DNA of 60,728 nt, filler included. It is 7 parts of 7 records of this genome, joined end to end, with 100 filler letters (N's around TTAATTAATTAA, not from the genome) between each part and the next. Parts side by side here need not be neighbours in the genome. Positions count along the whole stretch, not along the records: positions 33,737 to 43,825 come from SRR31147125_43066; positions 43,926 to 54,867 come from SRR31147125_43084; 5 more parts are not named here. One strand, written 5' to 3'. The translations under genes were made by a program, and so were the position numbers. The first letter of the stretch is position 1. Every line of letters starts with the position of its first letter. Shown piece by piece: positions 42,301 through 53,513 of this stretch. The notes under the pieces were generated by a model, which worked only from the letters and a program-made list of their open reading frames with translations, was not told where the DNA came from and searched no databases.

Positions 42301-43825
42301 CCCAACTGTCGTAACATTTGGGCTTCAAGCAGAACGATATTGCCCCCCCACCCGCATGTCCGACCGGTAAAAGAAAAAGAACTCGCTTGCCCTCATAAAG
42401 GCTTGCAGCTTTACGTCGGGTATCCAGATCACAAGCAATGGTCTCACAGCGTTTTCTCATGTATTGAAAGGCAAGGTGATCCTTGGTCCTGCCCAAGCTA
42501 CCAGAGATAGCAACGTGGCCATGTTTATTAGCCAGGGCTTCATCAGCTATTCGGCAAAGTTCCGCACGGCGTTCGTTGGAGTAGCTTTTTGATTGAGCGT
42601 GATAGATGTAACAGTCATCAGCAACCGCAAGCTGCCAGCCGTTCCCGGTTGCCCTGAGACAATAGTCATTCTCTTCACCGTATCCCTGACCGAAAGTCTC
42701 TTCATCGAACAAGCCGATATCCTGAATCACTTTACGGCAGATCATCAGGCAAAACCCATTCAGGAAACCTACCCGTGGGTAAATCCGGGGCGAAACGCGA
42801 GCAACTTCATTTGCGTATTCAGCAACGGTCCAACCGACAGGCAAAGGATTATCCGCCCAATCACCATCTTCCCCCATTAGCTGAGGAACCGATTGCCACG
42901 AAGCCGTATTACTCAAGGGTCCGACCAGTCCAATTTTAGCGTCTGAATCGGCGCATTCGATCATTCGATCCAACCAGCGTGGAGAGACTATTGTGTCGCT
43001 GTTCAAAAGAATGACAAAGTCTGCGCTAGAGGCTCTTAAACCGGCATTAGCAGCGCAGGTATAGCCCCCGGCCTTCTTATTCCGAATTAACGCACAGCGC
43101 TGGTCTGAAGCAAACTCCTCCAGATACGATTGTGTTTCAGAGCCGCTGCCATCATCAACGATGATGAGAGAATAGGGAGGGTGCGTTTGCGATACAACAG
43201 ATTCCAGACAACGAACGACATCATCCAGAGCATTGTGGACGCAGACAATAATGTCGACACTAGCTGCGTGCGGGGTAACGGTTTTACTGTTACGAGTCGA
43301 TTGAACCAATGAGAAATTAACAGGAGGAGGTGGCTCCACCGCATTTTTCTGCCGGAAAAAATTGACCCGACCTCTAACCCCTGCTATTCCTTCGCGACGA
43401 TAAACGTCGACAGCTTTGCCCACCGTCTCTTTGAAACCACCCGAATGATCATTTGCCAACTGAACGATACGTCGAGCACGTCCCGCACGTCGAACCTGTA
43501 CTCCACACCACCTCAAAGGAGCTGTAACCTGCCAACTCGACGAGCTGTAAAACTCTGAAATCTGACTATCCCGAGCAGAGACAACCTGCTCCAATTGCGC
43601 AACCTGCTCATCTCGCTCGGAAAGAGCCTGTTCCAGCTGCAAAATCCGCCCATCCCGCTCGGAAAGAACCTGTTCCAGCTGCAAAATCTGTCTATCCCGT
43701 TCAGAAATCATCTGCATCAATTCTGAAACGTTCTTGTCCTGATCAGAAGCACCATTCCTGAGAACTTCAATATCCCTCGACAGTTGGAAATCGCGCAACA
43801 ACGCAGAACCCAACCTGGAGAAAAA
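39348..43825 (-). CDS. Large multidomain glycosyltransferase (coiled coil, GT2, GT4-like, second GT4-like, methyltransferase), 5'-truncated; frameshift at C7 42343-42349
   Basis: GT2 VDDGS, LLNSDT, GYGEENDY; adding one G gives HAGGGGNIVLLEAQMLRQLG; FQAMGLTAMEAMGHG; KSDIKFLDYSALG; LEIGP..ASHVIEH. Confidence 0.8.
43572..43707 (-). repeat. 42-bp (14-aa) tandem repeats encoding a coiled coil
   Basis: SERDRQILQLEQVL / SERDGRILQLEQAL / SERDEQVAQLEQVV / SARD; CCTGTTCCAGCTGCAAAATC recurs 42 nt apart. Confidence 0.85.
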
Positions 43826-43925
43826 NNNNNNNNNNNNNNNNNNNNNNNNNNNNNNNNNNNNNNNNNNNNTTAATTAATTAANNNNNNNNNNNNNNNNNNN
43901 NNNNNNNNNNNNNNNNNNNNNNNNN
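43826..43925. other. Artificial contig linker
   Basis: N44-TTAATTAATTAA-N44. Confidence 0.98.
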
Positions 43926-45142
43926 GATAAATCAGCATCATCGAGCACAGCACCTTGAAACGAAACACCATCCAAGTTCGTGTTTGAAAAGTCCACTTCA
44001 CCCAGATCATGGTTGCTGAAGTCCGCTCCCCTCAAGTCCCCCTCTCTGAGGACTGAACCTTTGAATACTGACTTCTGCAAGTCATCGACCTTAAATTGTG
44101 CTTCTGTCATATCAGCCTTGGACAATATCGTCTGGTCAAAACGGGAACCTAGAAAATTCGTCCGCCTCAAGAGTGCGCCCTTGAAATTCGTTCTCAGAAG
44201 TGAGGCCTCTGTAATATTGGCAGAAGTCAGATCAGCCAGTTCAAAACAGGCGTCTGACAAATCCGCCATTGAAAAATCTGCGTGACTGCATTCACATTGT
44301 TTAAAATTGGTCCTGTTTAAATTGCAGTGCCTCATATTTGCACTGCTCAAAATAGTCCCTTCAAAGTCCAAACTTCCAAGATCGAGTCCTGAAAAAACTG
44401 ATTTTTTGAAGCTCAGGTTTTTACAGAGAAAGGGAAAAACCGTCCCACGATTGAAATCACAACGGTCCATACTCACCTGGTCCAATGTCACCTCTCCAAG
44501 GTCGACGCCCGAAAACGAAGAATCGGTGAATCGGCACTTCTGGAATGTACCTTCCTGAAAAGCAATAGCTTGAACTTCACACTGGTTAAAAGCACAATCC
44601 GACAGTTCCAGATCCTGACACCTGCACCGTTTCAATTCTGTTTCGGAAATAATCGACCAGAAAATTCTTACTTTATCCAGATTGCAATTATTGAGACTTG
44701 ATTTCAATATCATCGAGTCTCGCAACACCATCGACGAGAAATCTGCCCCATCAAAAAGAGTATTACTGAAAACAGCATCAACAACAGATGCCTTTTGCAA
44801 CTGGAGGTTGACAGACCGGCAATCAATAAATGCGCTTCTTGCACCAATCCTCACTCCAGATAAATTGGCGTCTGCCAACTCACATCCTTTAACCGTCGTT
44901 TCACTAAAACATGCGTCAGTCAAAACAACCTTTGACAGATCGCAGTTGTCGAGAATTGCATTCGTGAAATCACAGCCGACTAACAACGAACCACGAAAAT
45001 CAACCTCCTTGATTTTTGAACCGGTGAAGCGGATGTGTGAGAGGTCCGCACCTGAGAGACTGATCCGTTCCAGAATCACTCCTGCGAGATCGGCAGAATT
45101 ATTTAACCTTTCATTTACCTGTTTCTGGTCAAGCGTATCCAT
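43926..45142 (-). CDS. Pentapeptide repeat protein, 3'-truncated
   Basis: Continuous A(D/N)(L/F)xx-type repeats. Confidence 0.9.
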
Positions 45143-45146
45143 AGGG

Positions 45147-47539
45147 TTATTCTTGGCTTTGCAACATCGTCATTTTCAGGTTGGTACCATCAAAACGCAC
45201 CCGTTCGATCTGAGCGAGGTAGAAAGCGACCTCATATAGATTCGAGCCACTGAAGTCTGTACCAACCATTTGAGCCTTCTCCAGACTTCCTTGAAAAAGA
45301 TTCACCCGTCTCATTTCTGTTTCCACGAGCTTCGCCTTTTCCAACCTCGCCTGACTGAGGTCTGAATCAGAAAAACATGCACGGGTCAAATCAGCATTTG
45401 AGAAATCCCCCCCATCAACTGGGATTTAGAGAAATCAGCATTCTCCAATTTTGCATCTTCCCAAATAGACTCTACAGCAGACACTCCCCTGAACACACCA
45501 TTAGAGAAATCAGGTCCTTCACTTGCACGTAGGCGGGTAATGTCAGCCGATGTCATAATGACATTCCGGCCAGCTGCCCCTTCAACCGACGCGTCAACAA
45601 GCACACTGCGGGTGAAATCGACGGATTCGAGTCCTGCCTTTTCAAAATCGGCCAGGGTAAAATCTGAATTTGATAATAGCGCATGTCTCAATTCTGCCTT
45701 TACGAAAATTGCACCAATACCTCGGGAACAGTCCAGATTGGCATTTTCGAGATTTGCGGATACCAGGATTGTATCATCGAGTATGGCACCACTCAGATTC
45801 GCTTCCGACAGATCTGCTCCATACAAATCCGCGCTAGTCAAAACTGCTCCCTTTAGGTTCAAGCCCTTGAGGGTACACCCTGCAAAACAGGCTCCGGTCA
45901 AATTTGCATTCGTGAAATTTGCCCCTGTCAATATCGAATTGCGAAAATCCGCCTGACGACAATTAGAGTTGGAGAAGTCCACACGAGAAAGATCCAGATC
46001 GGATAAATCAGCTCGTTCCAGAGTATCTTCCCCCTCTAACTTCTCCTCACACATCTTTCGGGTAAAAGGCTCCGGAAAATTTGAGGGAGTTTTGATAGGA
46101 TCGAACTGAAATGACCTGTCAATTTCATCAATCTCTTTATCCGTCATTGGCGGTGGAAGGGTATGAGCTCGTTCTGGCTCCGCCACTCTCATAGCGGTTT
46201 CCAATTCTGCTGCTCTTGTGAGGGCCTGTTTGACAGTCAACGGTTGAAACACTTCGGTTGAAATACAAGAAGCTTTCGGCCCGAGCATTTCATCAATAAC
46301 GTTTTCTCTTGCAGATTTTTCTGCCTCAATCACTTTCTCTTCAAATTCAAGGATCTTTTTATCCATGTCTATAAAATCCGCATTCATCCGCATGATCCAT
46401 GAATCATCGATTTTCTGTATTTCCATCGGCTTGATAGCAGGAAACGTATCCTCCTCCAAAAGCAGCCTCGATAAAAGTTGTTTATAATACTCTAACGATT
46501 CAGATCCCTGTCCAAGCTGCTCGGCAATCACAAAACAATGCTGGATCTCGTCTAAGCCATCGCAGTCAATGTCGATATTTCCGCGCCAAACTAAATCGAG
46601 AGAGGCTCCATCCACCATATTCACACAGAGAGTATCAAGATTTACCCTTACTTCCTGAAAATAGTACGCTTCTGAGACACACTTCGTGACGAAACACCTC
46701 ACGCGACTACGGGGAAGGTCACAAGTGAAAATCGGGTGATCCTCATGCAGATTTTCCAAATATAGTTTTTCATCTCCTGTCAGATAACCATCCACCTGCA
46801 GTTCAGAGGGAGCACTGTTAAAATACCCCCAGTCGAAATCATTAGGAAAATACGGCCAGCGCTCCTTAAGCCATTGTTGATCATATGTTCCAACCCTTCC
46901 AGCCATGCGTCGTGGCCACATCCTGCCTTGAGGGCAATAACCTGCAGGTATATAGAACTCATCAGGCGACAGTATCTGATGAGCCGGATCTTCAATATTT
47001 GGTATAGGATGGTATACACGGCCATCCGCCCCAATCAACTCCTGAGTACCTTTACCATGCGGATTGTCTTTATAGTCACTCCCCCCAAAACTGTTTTCAT
47101 ATATCAGATCCATCTCTCTGAACGGTTCAGGTTCGGACATTTTCTGTATACCGCTTGCGGTTTTTATCCACTCCCGATCACCAAACACCTGAAGAGTCTT
47201 GGAATAGTCACCAACCTGAAAAACAACCTTGCAGCTTCTTGCTGTTTTTTGGTCTGGCACATGGCACTTACCAATGAAGGAAAGGTCGGCATTCGGTTTA
47301 TATGGAGCGAAGTCAGACTCATATACGCAGCTGTTATCTGGATTGTTATCGTGAAACAGGTCGCCTGAAGGAGGAGCAGACTCCTCCACCAATTCAGCCT
47401 CACCATTATGAACAATCCTGTAAGTCCCCCTGACAACACATGTTGCAGAAAATCCGGGAGGATTGATTTTGCTGACGATCCATGCTACCGAAAGATTTTG
47501 GGGGCTAACGATTCTTATCATCGGATGGTGGTCAGACAA
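45147..47539 (-). CDS. DUF2169 T6SS accessory/chaperone domain fused to pentapeptide repeats; frameshift at C7 45407-45413
   Basis: ESDFAPYKP, VFGDR, FGG...NPHGKG, GTYDQQWL, YFNSAP, LDTL, VWRG; adding one G gives GDFSNADLTRACF and joins ORF 45147. Confidence 0.88.
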
Positions 47540-49748
47540 TCTTAAGACTGCCTTTACAGATTTTAACCGTTCCCGGCCCTATACCGATATCATCTCCAAG
47601 CAGCATGATATTTTCACTATCCACCACGAGATTGCCCTTCATTTCCATGTGTGGAGATTCAAGGCTGTAATCCCCATCAGCCTTCAACGAATACGCTCCC
47701 TTGGTATGAATAGTCGCTGACCCGACCTCCTGAGTCAATTTGCCAATCTGTTGATCCAGCTTACCGAATTTCGTAAAGGCATCCGTGACGTCCGTTTCAA
47801 GGGCTCCGACCCTCTCTGAAAAAGATCCTATCTGCTGTTGAATTTTACCTATCTGTTCTTGAACATTTGCCTTCTTCTTGATCTTTACCCCTTTGAATTC
47901 AAACTCCTGCGGAGATCTGGCTAATGAGCCGCCAGCTTTTACATCAACAACAAAACCAATAAACAGGGACTCCTTACCACCAACAACAAGTTCTATTTCA
48001 TTAGCCAGTTTCTTTGTTGTCTTGGTTCCCACGAAATTCTCGGCACACTGGCCGATAGTTGTCTTTCGCTCGTTTCCGTAAGTTATTTTTGAAGTATCCC
48101 CTTTTATCTCTATCTCCTCATTACCATCCACAAGATAAACCGCGTCACTTCCAACTCGTGCAAACCAGTTGGCAACAGTTGAAAAATCAAACCCCTCCCC
48201 CGGACTGTTCGGAGCCCCCATGGAAAACCAGGTATCGGAATGTGGCGTGCTCATCTTAATCCGTTCCCCGCCCTGGGAGTCTTCTATCTCAAGTCTGTTA
48301 CCTCCACCAGTACTGATAACACACTGGCTCTGGTTCCCTCCTTTAACCGGACTGCCGGTCTCCGGGTTCGGCACCGAACCGACGATGACCGGACGGTCCG
48401 GGTCGCCGTCAATGAAGGTGAGCAGCACCTCGATGCCCTTGTGCAGTGGGAAGTGCATGCCGTAATCAGCGCCCGCGTAGGGCTGGGCCATACGAACCCA
48501 GCGCGACGCTTTACCGTCGGAATTGCCGCTGAGGTCAAACGGCAGGATAACCTTGTAGCGGCCCTCGTCGTCAATCTCAGCGTACTGGCCGTCTCCGGCC
48601 GCATCGATTTTGGCATTCAACGTACCGTCGATACGCGGCTTCTTTGTGGTACGTTCGGGTCGAAACTGTTTGCTCTCGGGGATACAGGTTATCCGGTTCT
48701 CGTAGGACTGCCCGTCGAGTTCAGTGATTCTCGAGGTGTCGGCCGCCATCGCGAGAAAATCGGCCTGCACTGCCTGGTGGGTCACTTCGGTAATCAGGTA
48801 CTTCTGGTTGTAGCTGTCGCGATAGTGCTCCTCGAGTTCGAAGAGGTATCCAGTGACGAACGGCGACACCGTGCTCTCGCCATAGAACACGGCCTCGCGG
48901 CAGAGAAGCTCCTCGGACCGGATCTTAGCCAGCGCGTTGCCCTCCTCCGGCGTCTTGAAGTGCTCGCCGTAGAGGTAGACCTCTCCGCGACCATCGCTGT
49001 CCACATCCGATTCACCCTTGAGATCGAGCGAGGGCTTGCGGTAGTTGTAATCCTTGAGAATCACCTTCTTGGGCAGAATCTGCTGGCGGCAAGTGAATTC
49101 CCGCACCTGCTCGACCACACCCGGTGTCGCCTGACCCGGTGGCGAGTAGGCGACCGCACCGCCCTGGATGCACTGATGGGCGGTGGAGTTATCGGTAATG
49201 ATCAGCTTCTCCGCGTCACCGCTCTGATCAAAGAAGTAGTAGATGCCCTCGCGCTCCATCCAGCGCGATATGAAATCGAAATCGGTCTCGTTATACTGGC
49301 AGACATATTCCCAGGGATTGTAGCTGCCGGTCAGCTTCAGTTCATAATCCTGGGAGGTCAGCCCGGCCTGCTTGAGGATCTCCTCGATGATTTCCGGTAC
49401 CTTCTTGTCGAGAAACAGTGCATTCTCGTGATACTGGTCGGCCAGCCACAGCCGCGGTACAAGTCTGACCCGATAGTAGATATAGTCGTCATACTCGTGC
49501 AGTTGTTCGAACATCGCCGGGATCCCGTGAATCTTTCGCTCCACGTCCCCTTCCTGAATGATCGTCAGGGTAGCCGGGCTCTGCAGCACCGCCTTCAGAT
49601 CGATCTCCGGGTCCTCGGAATAAAGCAGAATCTCGAACTCATACAGGCGAGAAATCCCCTCGCTCCCCTTGAACTCAGCGACGATGAACGTGTCCTCGGC
49701 CTGGGCCTCGGAAACAAATCTCAGTTGAATATCTTCTTCGCGCGGCAT
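47532..49748 (-). CDS. vgrG: Type VI secretion spike protein VgrG (TssI)
   Basis: EGISRLY; QYNETDFDFISRWMEREGIYY; DYNY; RMAQPYAG..GMHFP; FIDGDPDRP. Confidence 0.95.
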   Translation of the reverse strand: MPREEDIQLRFVSEAQAEDTFIVAEFKGSEGISRLYEFEILLYSEDPEIDLKAVLQSPATLTIIQEGDVERKIHGIPAMFEQLHEYDDYIYYRVRLVPRLWLADQYHENALFLDKKVPEIIEEILKQAGLTSQDYELKLTGSYNPWEYVCQYNETDFDFISRWMEREGIYYFFDQSGDAEKLIITDNSTAHQCIQGGAVAYSPPGQATPGVVEQVREFTCRQQILPKKVILKDYNYRKPSLDLKGESDVDSDGRGEVYLYGEHFKTPEEGNALAKIRSEELLCREAVFYGESTVSPFVTGYLFELEEHYRDSYNQKYLITEVTHQAVQADFLAMAADTSRITELDGQSYENRITCIPESKQFRPERTTKKPRIDGTLNAKIDAAGDGQYAEIDDEGRYKVILPFDLSGNSDGKASRWVRMAQPYAGADYGMHFPLHKGIEVLLTFIDGDPDRPVIVGSVPNPETGSPVKGGNQSQCVISTGGGNRLEIEDSQGGERIKMSTPHSDTWFSMGAPNSPGEGFDFSTVANWFARVGSDAVYLVDGNEEIEIKGDTSKITYGNERKTTIGQCAENFVGTKTTKKLANEIELVVGGKESLFIGFVVDVKAGGSLARSPQEFEFKGVKIKKKANVQEQIGKIQQQIGSFSERVGALETDVTDAFTKFGKLDQQIGKLTQEVGSATIHTKGAYSLKADGDYSLESPHMEMKGNLVVDSENIMLLGDDIGIGPGTVKICKGSLKIV

Positions 49749-49750
49749 GG

Positions 49751-52390
49751 CTATACTCCCTTAAATGCGATGCTGAAATTGCCGTCCTCACCGACCGACA
49801 GGTGCAGCTCCGGCGGGATTGCCTCCGCCGACATGCGGCTCAGGATTTCCCTCGACATCTGCGGCAGTACGGTACCGTTCATAATGTGGTCGATGTTCCT
49901 GGCGCCGGTCTCAACCTCCGAACAACGTTGCGCAATCTGCTCAACCACGTTATCGCTGTAATAGAAATCGAGTTTGTGGGTCTCGCGCATACGGCGGGCC
50001 AGTTTGTTCAGTTTCAGGACAACAATATCCTTGAGTACGTCGCTGGGCAGGGTCACATACGGAATCACGCTCATCCGGGCGAGCAGGGCCGGCTTGAAAT
50101 GATTGCTCAGAATCGGCCTGATCGCGCTGCTCAGCACGTCATGCGGTATCTCCTCTTCACCGGTGGTCATCTCGGTAATCACATCGGTGGCCAGATTGGA
50201 CGTCAGGAAGATCACCGTGTTCTTGAAATCGATGATCCGGCCCTCGCCGTCGGAGAGCACCCCCTTGTCGAAGACCTGGTAGAACAGGTTCATAACCTCG
50301 AGGTTGGCCTTTTCTACCTCGTCAAGCAATACCACCGAATAGGGCCTCTGACGTACCGCCTCAGTGAGCACGCCCCCCTCGCCATACCCTACGTAACCGG
50401 GAGGAGAGCCGATAAGCCGACTGACCGTGTGCTGCTCCTGGAATTCACTCATGTTGATCGATGTAACAAAATTCTCTCCGCCGAACAACACGTCGGCGAG
50501 CGACAGAGCAGTCTCCGTCTTGCCGACGCCGCTCGGGCCGACCAGCAGGAAGATGCCCATCGGCTGCTCCGGGTCTTTGAGCCCGGCCTTTGCCGCCTTG
50601 ATAACCTCGGTGAGTTCATGCAGCGCCATGTCCTGGCCCTTGATCCGCTCTCTCAACCTCTCCTCGAGGTTCAGCACATCTGCAGCCTGATCGCGCATCA
50701 CCCGACCAAGTGGAATGCCTGTCCAGTCCGAGACGACCTTGGACACGACGTCCGGATCAACCTCTACCTTCACCAGTGATGATTCCTCGGTCAGAACAGC
50801 GAACTGCGCTGCGGCCTCGTCGAGCTCCGTTTTCAGTTCTTCGGGGGCAGCAGATGCTTCCTCCTCACCATCGCCCCCCGTTTCCCCGTAGAGGGTTTTT
50901 CGCAGTTCGACGATCCTGCCTGCCAGTTCCTGTTCTTTGCGCCACCGGACAGTCAGTTCTTCAACCTGGTTGTTCAGCTCTTCCAGTTCAACCTCGATTT
51001 CTCCCAGCCGTTCCTCATCGACTTCGATACCGTGATCCCGGTCACGCCCCATCCCGCTTTTTTCCCGCTCCAGAGCCTGGATTGATCGTTCACGGTCCTC
51101 TATCACATCCGGTTTGGCACTCAACAGAATCTTGACCCGGGCGGCGCTGGTATCGAGCAGGTCAACCGCCTTGTCCGGCAGTTGCCGGCCGGAAATATAA
51201 CGGCTCGACAGTTCAGCGGCGGCGAGGATTGCATCGTCCCGCACGACAACCCCGTGCGCCTCCTCGTATTTAATTTTCAGGCCGCGCAGGATCAGCGTGG
51301 CGATATCGCGGGACGGCTCATCTAGTTTGACGAGCTGGAAGCGCCTGGCAAGTGCGGCGTCCTTTTCGAAATATTTCTTGTATTCCGACCAGGTCGTGGC
51401 CGCCACCGTGCGTAACTCACCCCTGGCCAAGGCCGGTTTCAGCAGGTTGGCGGCATCGGAACCACCGGCGCTGCCACCTGCCCCGATCAGCGTGTGCGCC
51501 TCATCGATGAACAGGATAATCGGCGTCGGCGAGGCCTTGATCTCACTGATCACCGACTTCAGCCGGTTCTCGAACTCACCCTTCACTCCCGCGCCCGCCT
51601 GCAGGAGCCCCATGTCAAGACCGAGCAGCGTCACATCGCGCAGCAAATCCGGTACGTCTCCTTCAACAATCCGCAGGGCCAACCCCTCAACCACGGCAGT
51701 CTTGCCCACACCAGGCTCTCCGACCGCTATCGGGTTGTTCTTACGGCGCCGTGCCAGGATGTCCACCATCTGTCGAATTTCCTGGTCGCGGCCGAATACC
51801 GGATCGATATCGCCCTCCCGGGCCTTTTCGGTGAAGTCGATGCAGAACTGGTTCAGTGCGGTTCCATCAGCCATGGGCCGCTCGTCTTCCACCATCCGCG
51901 CCCGGGACGTGACCGTTTCCACCGACGCCTTGAGGACATGCCAGAAATCTGCCTGCAGCGCATCCTTGCTGATTACGTACAGATGTTCCAAATAATTGCC
52001 GGAACCGAAGCGACCCGGATTCTTCAACAGCGTCATCAGCAGGAGGCCGGAGCGAATAGTTCTCTCATCCATGTCGACCGAGCCGACCAGCCAGGCTTCC
52101 TGCAGCCATTCCATCAGCAACGGCGAGAAAACCGGTTTGGCCGCATTGCCGGTCCGGAACTCCTCGAGGGAGGCTCCGAGAGACTGCGACAACCGGGCCG
52201 GATCGATCTCGTAGTGCCGGAGAATCAAGGGAATGTCGGACTGTGGTTCATCAATGAGTTTGGCCACCATGTGTTCAACGGTCACCTCGTAGTGTGTCCT
52301 CGATACGCACAGTCCCGCCGAAGCTTCCAGACAGCGTGTGCAATACGGGTTCAATCGGGCCAGCAGTGACTTGATATCAACAGATATCAT
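49751..52390 (-). CDS. tssH: T6SS ATPase TssH/ClpV
   Basis: RRRKNNP, GEPGVGKT, GPSGVGKT, SPPGYVGYGEGGVLTEAVR, ETGARN. Confidence 0.95.
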   Translation of the reverse strand: MISVDIKSLLARLNPYCTRCLEASAGLCVSRTHYEVTVEHMVAKLIDEPQSDIPLILRHYEIDPARLSQSLGASLEEFRTGNAAKPVFSPLLMEWLQEAWLVGSVDMDERTIRSGLLLMTLLKNPGRFGSGNYLEHLYVISKDALQADFWHVLKASVETVTSRARMVEDERPMADGTALNQFCIDFTEKAREGDIDPVFGRDQEIRQMVDILARRRKNNPIAVGEPGVGKTAVVEGLALRIVEGDVPDLLRDVTLLGLDMGLLQAGAGVKGEFENRLKSVISEIKASPTPIILFIDEAHTLIGAGGSAGGSDAANLLKPALARGELRTVAATTWSEYKKYFEKDAALARRFQLVKLDEPSRDIATLILRGLKIKYEEAHGVVVRDDAILAAAELSSRYISGRQLPDKAVDLLDTSAARVKILLSAKPDVIEDRERSIQALEREKSGMGRDRDHGIEVDEERLGEIEVELEELNNQVEELTVRWRKEQELAGRIVELRKTLYGETGGDGEEEASAAPEELKTELDEAAAQFAVLTEESSLVKVEVDPDVVSKVVSDWTGIPLGRVMRDQAADVLNLEERLRERIKGQDMALHELTEVIKAAKAGLKDPEQPMGIFLLVGPSGVGKTETALSLADVLFGGENFVTSINMSEFQEQHTVSRLIGSPPGYVGYGEGGVLTEAVRQRPYSVVLLDEVEKANLEVMNLFYQVFDKGVLSDGEGRIIDFKNTVIFLTSNLATDVITEMTTGEEEIPHDVLSSAIRPILSNHFKPALLARMSVIPYVTLPSDVLKDIVVLKLNKLARRMRETHKLDFYYSDNVVEQIAQRCSEVETGARNIDHIMNGTVLPQMSREILSRMSAEAIPPELHLSVGEDGNFSIAFKGV

Positions 52391-52478
52391 CTGATCTCTC
52401 CTTATGCGTTAGGATGCTTGTTGGAAATCGTCGTGCGTCCTGACGTAGTCATGATCGGTGATATTGTCCGGACGCGTA

Positions 52479-53513
52479 CTAATGAACCATGCCGGTTTCC
52501 CTCCTGCCTGATGGGTAGAACGTATTTTTCGTTACCCCGATGTCTTCTCCTGAATAGAGCCAGGTATCTCTTCCCAGCTGCGACCAGCGCGGGTCGCCGA
52601 GGCAGACTGTCTGCACCTGCTGCTCATACATGTAGATCTCTATCTCGTATTCGAGCGGATCCTGCAGGTAAAGCTCCGTGAGCAGTACCAACCGATTATA
52701 GGATGGGCTGCCGGGGAAGAAACCGCGGTAGTCTTCCACGCTCATCGGTCCCACCTTGACGCGAAATTTGCCCATGCGATCATCGAGTTCGCGGCCGAGG
52801 ATGCAGTCCGATCCGAGCACACCTCCCGATACGCCGAGTTTCAGGAGTTGATCATCGGGGATGCGGGCCTTGCGCAGCAAGCAGGAGACGATATCGATAT
52901 CGAATCCGAGAGCATCGTGCAGCAGCGTCTTCAGCCCGACAGATGAACGCGGACGTTGCGAGAAGAGGCCAATGTAACGCAACAACTGGACCGGGTCCGG
53001 GATCGTATCCAGCTGTTCCTGCTCGCCAAAGCCTTCCAGGCAGAACAGGCGCCGCATATACTGCCCCCTGCCGTTTTCGGCGATGTGGTAGAACGGCCGG
53101 TACTTCTGCAGGCTCTCAAAAAACAGCTGGTACAACCGATTATTCACTATATCGACAAACTCGCGGACGGCCGATTCATCGGCGGCAGCCTCGTCCATCA
53201 ACTCCTCGGTATAGAAGGTCGGCAGGGGAGAAGACGAGCCATACAACCCGAGAAAGTTGGCGACAACCTCGTAGCGTGTGCTTTCCCCGTCCTCGGTAAC
53301 ATTGATTTTCTCGACATCGGCGGGCGGAAAACCGAGGGACAGGTTGGAACGAACCTTTATTGGGCCGACGGTTTCAGGCGCCCCGGCCTCAGTGGTTATG
53401 AGGCTTTCGATACGGCGCAGCAGTCGGATAACCTGGAAAAACGAGAAATCAGCCCCGTTTTTCAGCAGATCCTGTTTCAGATAAGCGGATGTTCGCCTGT
53501 CCGTGCCGGCCAT
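52479..53513 (-). CDS. tssG: T6SS baseplate subunit TssG
   Basis: FSFFQVIRLL; LGFPPAD; FLGLYGSSSPLPTFYTE; LGRDTWL. Confidence 0.92.
   Translation of the reverse strand: MAGTDRRTSAYLKQDLLKNGADFSFFQVIRLLRRIESLITTEAGAPETVGPIKVRSNLSLGFPPADVEKINVTEDGESTRYEVVANFLGLYGSSSPLPTFYTEELMDEAAADESAVREFVDIVNNRLYQLFFESLQKYRPFYHIAENGRGQYMRRLFCLEGFGEQEQLDTIPDPVQLLRYIGLFSQRPRSSVGLKTLLHDALGFDIDIVSCLLRKARIPDDQLLKLGVSGGVLGSDCILGRELDDRMGKFRVKVGPMSVEDYRGFFPGSPSYNRLVLLTELYLQDPLEYEIEIYMYEQQVQTVCLGDPRWSQLGRDTWLYSGEDIGVTKNTFYPSGRRETGMVH

Noticed and set aside
43572..43707. CRISPR-like periodic repeats
   Set aside because: In-frame 42-bp coding repeats with no unique spacers; no cas genes or CRISPR array seen anywhere in the window.
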